Source of the DNA: Azolla caroliniana
Taxonomy: Eukaryota > Plantae > Polypodiophyta
NCBI GenBank assembly: GCA_043228905.1
Contig: JBHGNT010000005.1
Span: 21,700,001 to 21,764,000 of the forward strand
Direction: 5' to 3'
DNA: 64,000 bases
Position numbers and translations under genes: made by a program. Under the pieces are notes generated by a model. It was not told where the DNA came from and searched no databases. It saw only the letters and a program-made list of their open reading frames with translations. The number at the start of each line of letters is the position of its first letter. Position 1 is the first letter of the stretch. Shown piece by piece: positions 60,631-64,000 of this stretch.

Positions 60631-62685
60631 TTTTAAACATCAGATACCAAATTGTTATCATGTGGTGTGCTGAAGGGAAGAAAATCATCAACTCTAGTTT
60701 TATGAAAGGCTGGAAGGTTAGGATGAATGCATGACTAGAAAGACATGATAGGATGAGTCAAAACAACAAAAAGATATAGCTCAATTGGCCAAACATTACT
60801 CTCTGGATAAAAAGGGCAAGTATTTGAAACTTGCAATAGCAAGTGTGAAAGTTAGTGGGTCAAGTGGAAGCAACTTGAATGGATGGACATAATTATTGAC
60901 ATTTTATTTGCAAGAGGAGCTCAAGAAGCCTATAAAAGGGACAAAATAGCTCATTGTTAGGGATCAAAGTATTTTTCACAAGATAGAAGTGTTATCGAAA
61001 TTTAGATTGAGCTCGGGATTGTGAATCAAGAGAGCAAGCAATACCAAAAATGACTAAAGGTGACATGACCATCATTTGTTTGGATATTGCACCTTCTCTC
61101 GAAGCTCTTTTTCGTGATCTAATACTACTCCTATCTTAACTATTTTCTGACCAAGCCACTCCATGTAACAAAGTTAAAATTTCATCTACATTGCAAAAGA
61201 ACTAGCATTATGAACCATTCGAAGTAATACAATATTTTTTTCTTTATATACCTTCAAAAATATATTTTTGGTGAGCCTTCTGTTACTATGAGTTTAGCAA
61301 TCATTCAAGGATCGCAATGAGTTTTTCAGCTCAAAATATCCGAGTACGGAGTAGTAAGATATGCAAAATTTGCATGTCAAAACACATGCACTGATACATG
61401 GAGTGGATGTCAATATTTTTATAGGAGTGTGTGTTCATATATAAGAGTTTATAATACACTTGAATTTGGGAACACTTAATAAATTTGAGCGCACTAACTT
61501 GTAACGCACTTCAATTTCTACAAACTTTCACAACATAATTTACTCCTATGCTTACACTTAGCCTTTTCTACAAAATCTGATGCACTGAAAATATGAGAAA
61601 TACTTGCTAGTCAATTGGAATGTTTTTTTTGCGAAGCTCTACATTTTATGTTCCTAATGCTCGTCAAGTTATTAATAATATAATCATTCATTGAGTGCAT
61701 CCTAACCATTAGTCTACCACAAAATGAAAATTTAAGAACATTCGACATACATAACGTTTGTAAATGAAATATGGAAGTTTGAAGCTTTATCGAATGCATG
61801 GGAAAGACAAACAAAAAAATGCCCTTGAATAGAAATATAACGAGGCTGGTCAAATTTGGACACTAAAACCGATGGGAGTGACTACAACTTTTATGAGGAA
61901 TTCGAGAGATGACAGTAATGATGATTGTTATGCTGGAAACTTTATAGATTTATAATTTAGCGGTTGATAGTTCCTCTAGGAACACACTTGAAAAGGAACG
62001 GCAAGACTGCAATAATGACATAGTGAACATCATGTTTACGCATTGACCAAAGGATATCCATGGTAGTAGAAGATATGTTAATCAATCGACAAATATGTAA
62101 AAGAATGCTTTATGAGGAAAGAAAATGAGGATACTTGTAATGTCTTGTGTATTTACAAAAATAGCCCTAAGTTTTCCGAAATACCAATGAGTTTTGAACT
62201 ATAGAGGGTTATTTGTGTAAAAACCCAACGATGTAGGGGTATTCTAGTGACGGACTTGGGGGGATCATGAACTAGGGAGCATATTCTTCCATAGGAGATG
62301 GCAAAATACTCCCAACATGATTTGGAAACAATTTGTCATGAATCGATTGATGGAGAGTTTGAAAACGAACAAAATCCTAGGTTTAATCAATGCAAACCAA
62401 GACACCTCACAATATAGGGACAAGCTAACAAAATTGGGGCCACTCTACTATAGTAAGGGATATAAGCAACTTTGTATTGTTTTTTGGTCCCATTGGTGAT
62501 ATTGGGGAAATACATTTGGTGAGTTTCGTTCAGTGACGTCTTTCGTTTTCGAAAAAAGGCAAATAAAAAATAGGCAGGCCCAAAAAGGCACAAAAAGGTC
62601 ATTTTATAAAAAGGAAAAACTTATTGTCCCCCAAAGTTCACCATAAAGCTAGGAAAGACAAAAATGCTATCTCGATCATATTCCT

Positions 62686-62687
<2 letters not shown>

Positions 62688-62718
<31 letters not shown>

Positions 62719-62935
62719 CTATTTCTCTCTCATGTTCCGAGCTTGAGATCCTCACAAGAATCGACTTTATTTTCCGAAATTGCAATATCATATCAATGTA
62801 ACAACCTAACGGATTTATGGACAAAACTCAACTCTTTATCCATCATGGTGTCAAATCATGGTGCATTGATTAAGCATTGTAGTTATCGAGATAGTTCTTA
62901 CATTTAAATTGACTCTATGGACACATATTTGATCC

Positions 62936-62969
<34 letters not shown>
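62688..62969. repeat. Two (CT)n microsatellites (62688-62730, 62939-62969)
   Basis: Direct reading. Confidence 0.9.
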
Positions 62970-62972
<3 letters not shown>

Positions 62973-64000
62973 CACAATAGGCGTCAAACCTTGACATTGA
63001 CGCAAAACATTTCTTGCCTAATGAAAAGAAAACATGTGATTTTCAACATCTTACTATAGTGTGATTGTTTTAATGAGTGCCCCCAAACGAGAGAACCAGA
63101 GTGTAGAGAGCGTTAGCATTAACTCACTTGTCTGCACGGCGTATTGTCTAGTGTGCAACAATCGATTAGGGAGATGGGGGTGGGGGCATTTTGAATATTG
63201 TTGAGCCATCATCTAGGTGCATTAAAGAAGCGCATTTGTTGCTCTAATTGATGTGGTTTTCCTTTTCAAAAGAGATGTTAGGGAGTTCGTCGTAGGACTG
63301 ATTCCTCGTAAGAACTCGATAAAGGAACAAGCACATGGATAGCTTACGTCTTCTCGTCTCTTTGCTCTCGAAAGACCCAAAAAAAACACATGCATATCAT
63401 CTAAAAACTTTCGGATCTTGTGTGTCTCTTTTGATCTCTTTCTTCTTGTGCTTCTCAATGGATCTCTTTCTAATTAATTAATAAGAGAACGCAAAAAAGC
63501 AACGTATAATGAATGTTAAAAGGGCAACACGAAAGCAAATGAAAAATAATGAAGTGAAGGTTGAACGAAAGCGAAGTCTTCTTTTGCAAAAGCAAAAAAG
63601 CTTTTTGTGGGGATCGAAGGCATATAGAGATCTGTATCTAAAAATTCAGCGCAAAAAAGCAAGACACGATTCAATAGAGGGTTCTCTCTTCACTCAAAGG
63701 CAATATAATATCTTAAGATGTAATCCCTCTCGCTTGGTCGCATTGGCCCTTAGGGCCCTCTTAAAAGATGAGATTATATACCCACCTTCCTTTCTTTTAC
63801 TCGGAACAATCAAAGAATTATCCGAAAGAAGCATTAAACAAGAAAAAGCAAAAGCAAAAGCAAAAAGCAAACCTCGAAGAGAAAAGAAAACATTCCACGA
63901 AACAAAATAAAAAGCATCTTGCTTAGAATCCATGAAAAAATCAAAAGCAAAACCTGAATGCATTTCCCAGGCTTCTGATGTGGTATTATCTCCACTCTTG

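Overview
Eukaryotic, TE-rich nuclear DNA from a land plant that still makes flagellated sperm. An intact PACRG gene sits among plant-type RIP, STIG1 and Copia/Gypsy/LINE families, so a fern or other seed-free plant is most likely (inference). Five host genes can be rebuilt by hand. Four are spliced with GT-AG introns: RPA-interacting protein (+, 8752-16225), PACRG (+, core 20509-21654), an ankyrin+BTB protein (-, 26924-31892) and a JmjC/Cupin_8 oxygenase (+, 43909-54242). The fifth is an intronless, aberrant STIG1-domain gene (+, 25128-25880). The TEs are two head-to-head Copia remnants, a solo LTR with a 4-bp TSD, a split and inverted Copia in a RIP intron, a full-length Copia in JmjC intron 1, LINE relics (two forming a ~380-bp inverted repeat) and a MITE. 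The most unusual object is a very young Gypsy-like LTR element (36410-43063). It keeps gag-protease, has lost RT/RNaseH/integrase and carries a ~860-codon extra ORF with a globular head and a long coiled coil. Also notable is a higher-order 22-bp minisatellite full of CCAAT and TGGGCY motifs just upstream of PACRG. All family assignments are from remembered motifs; no database search was run.
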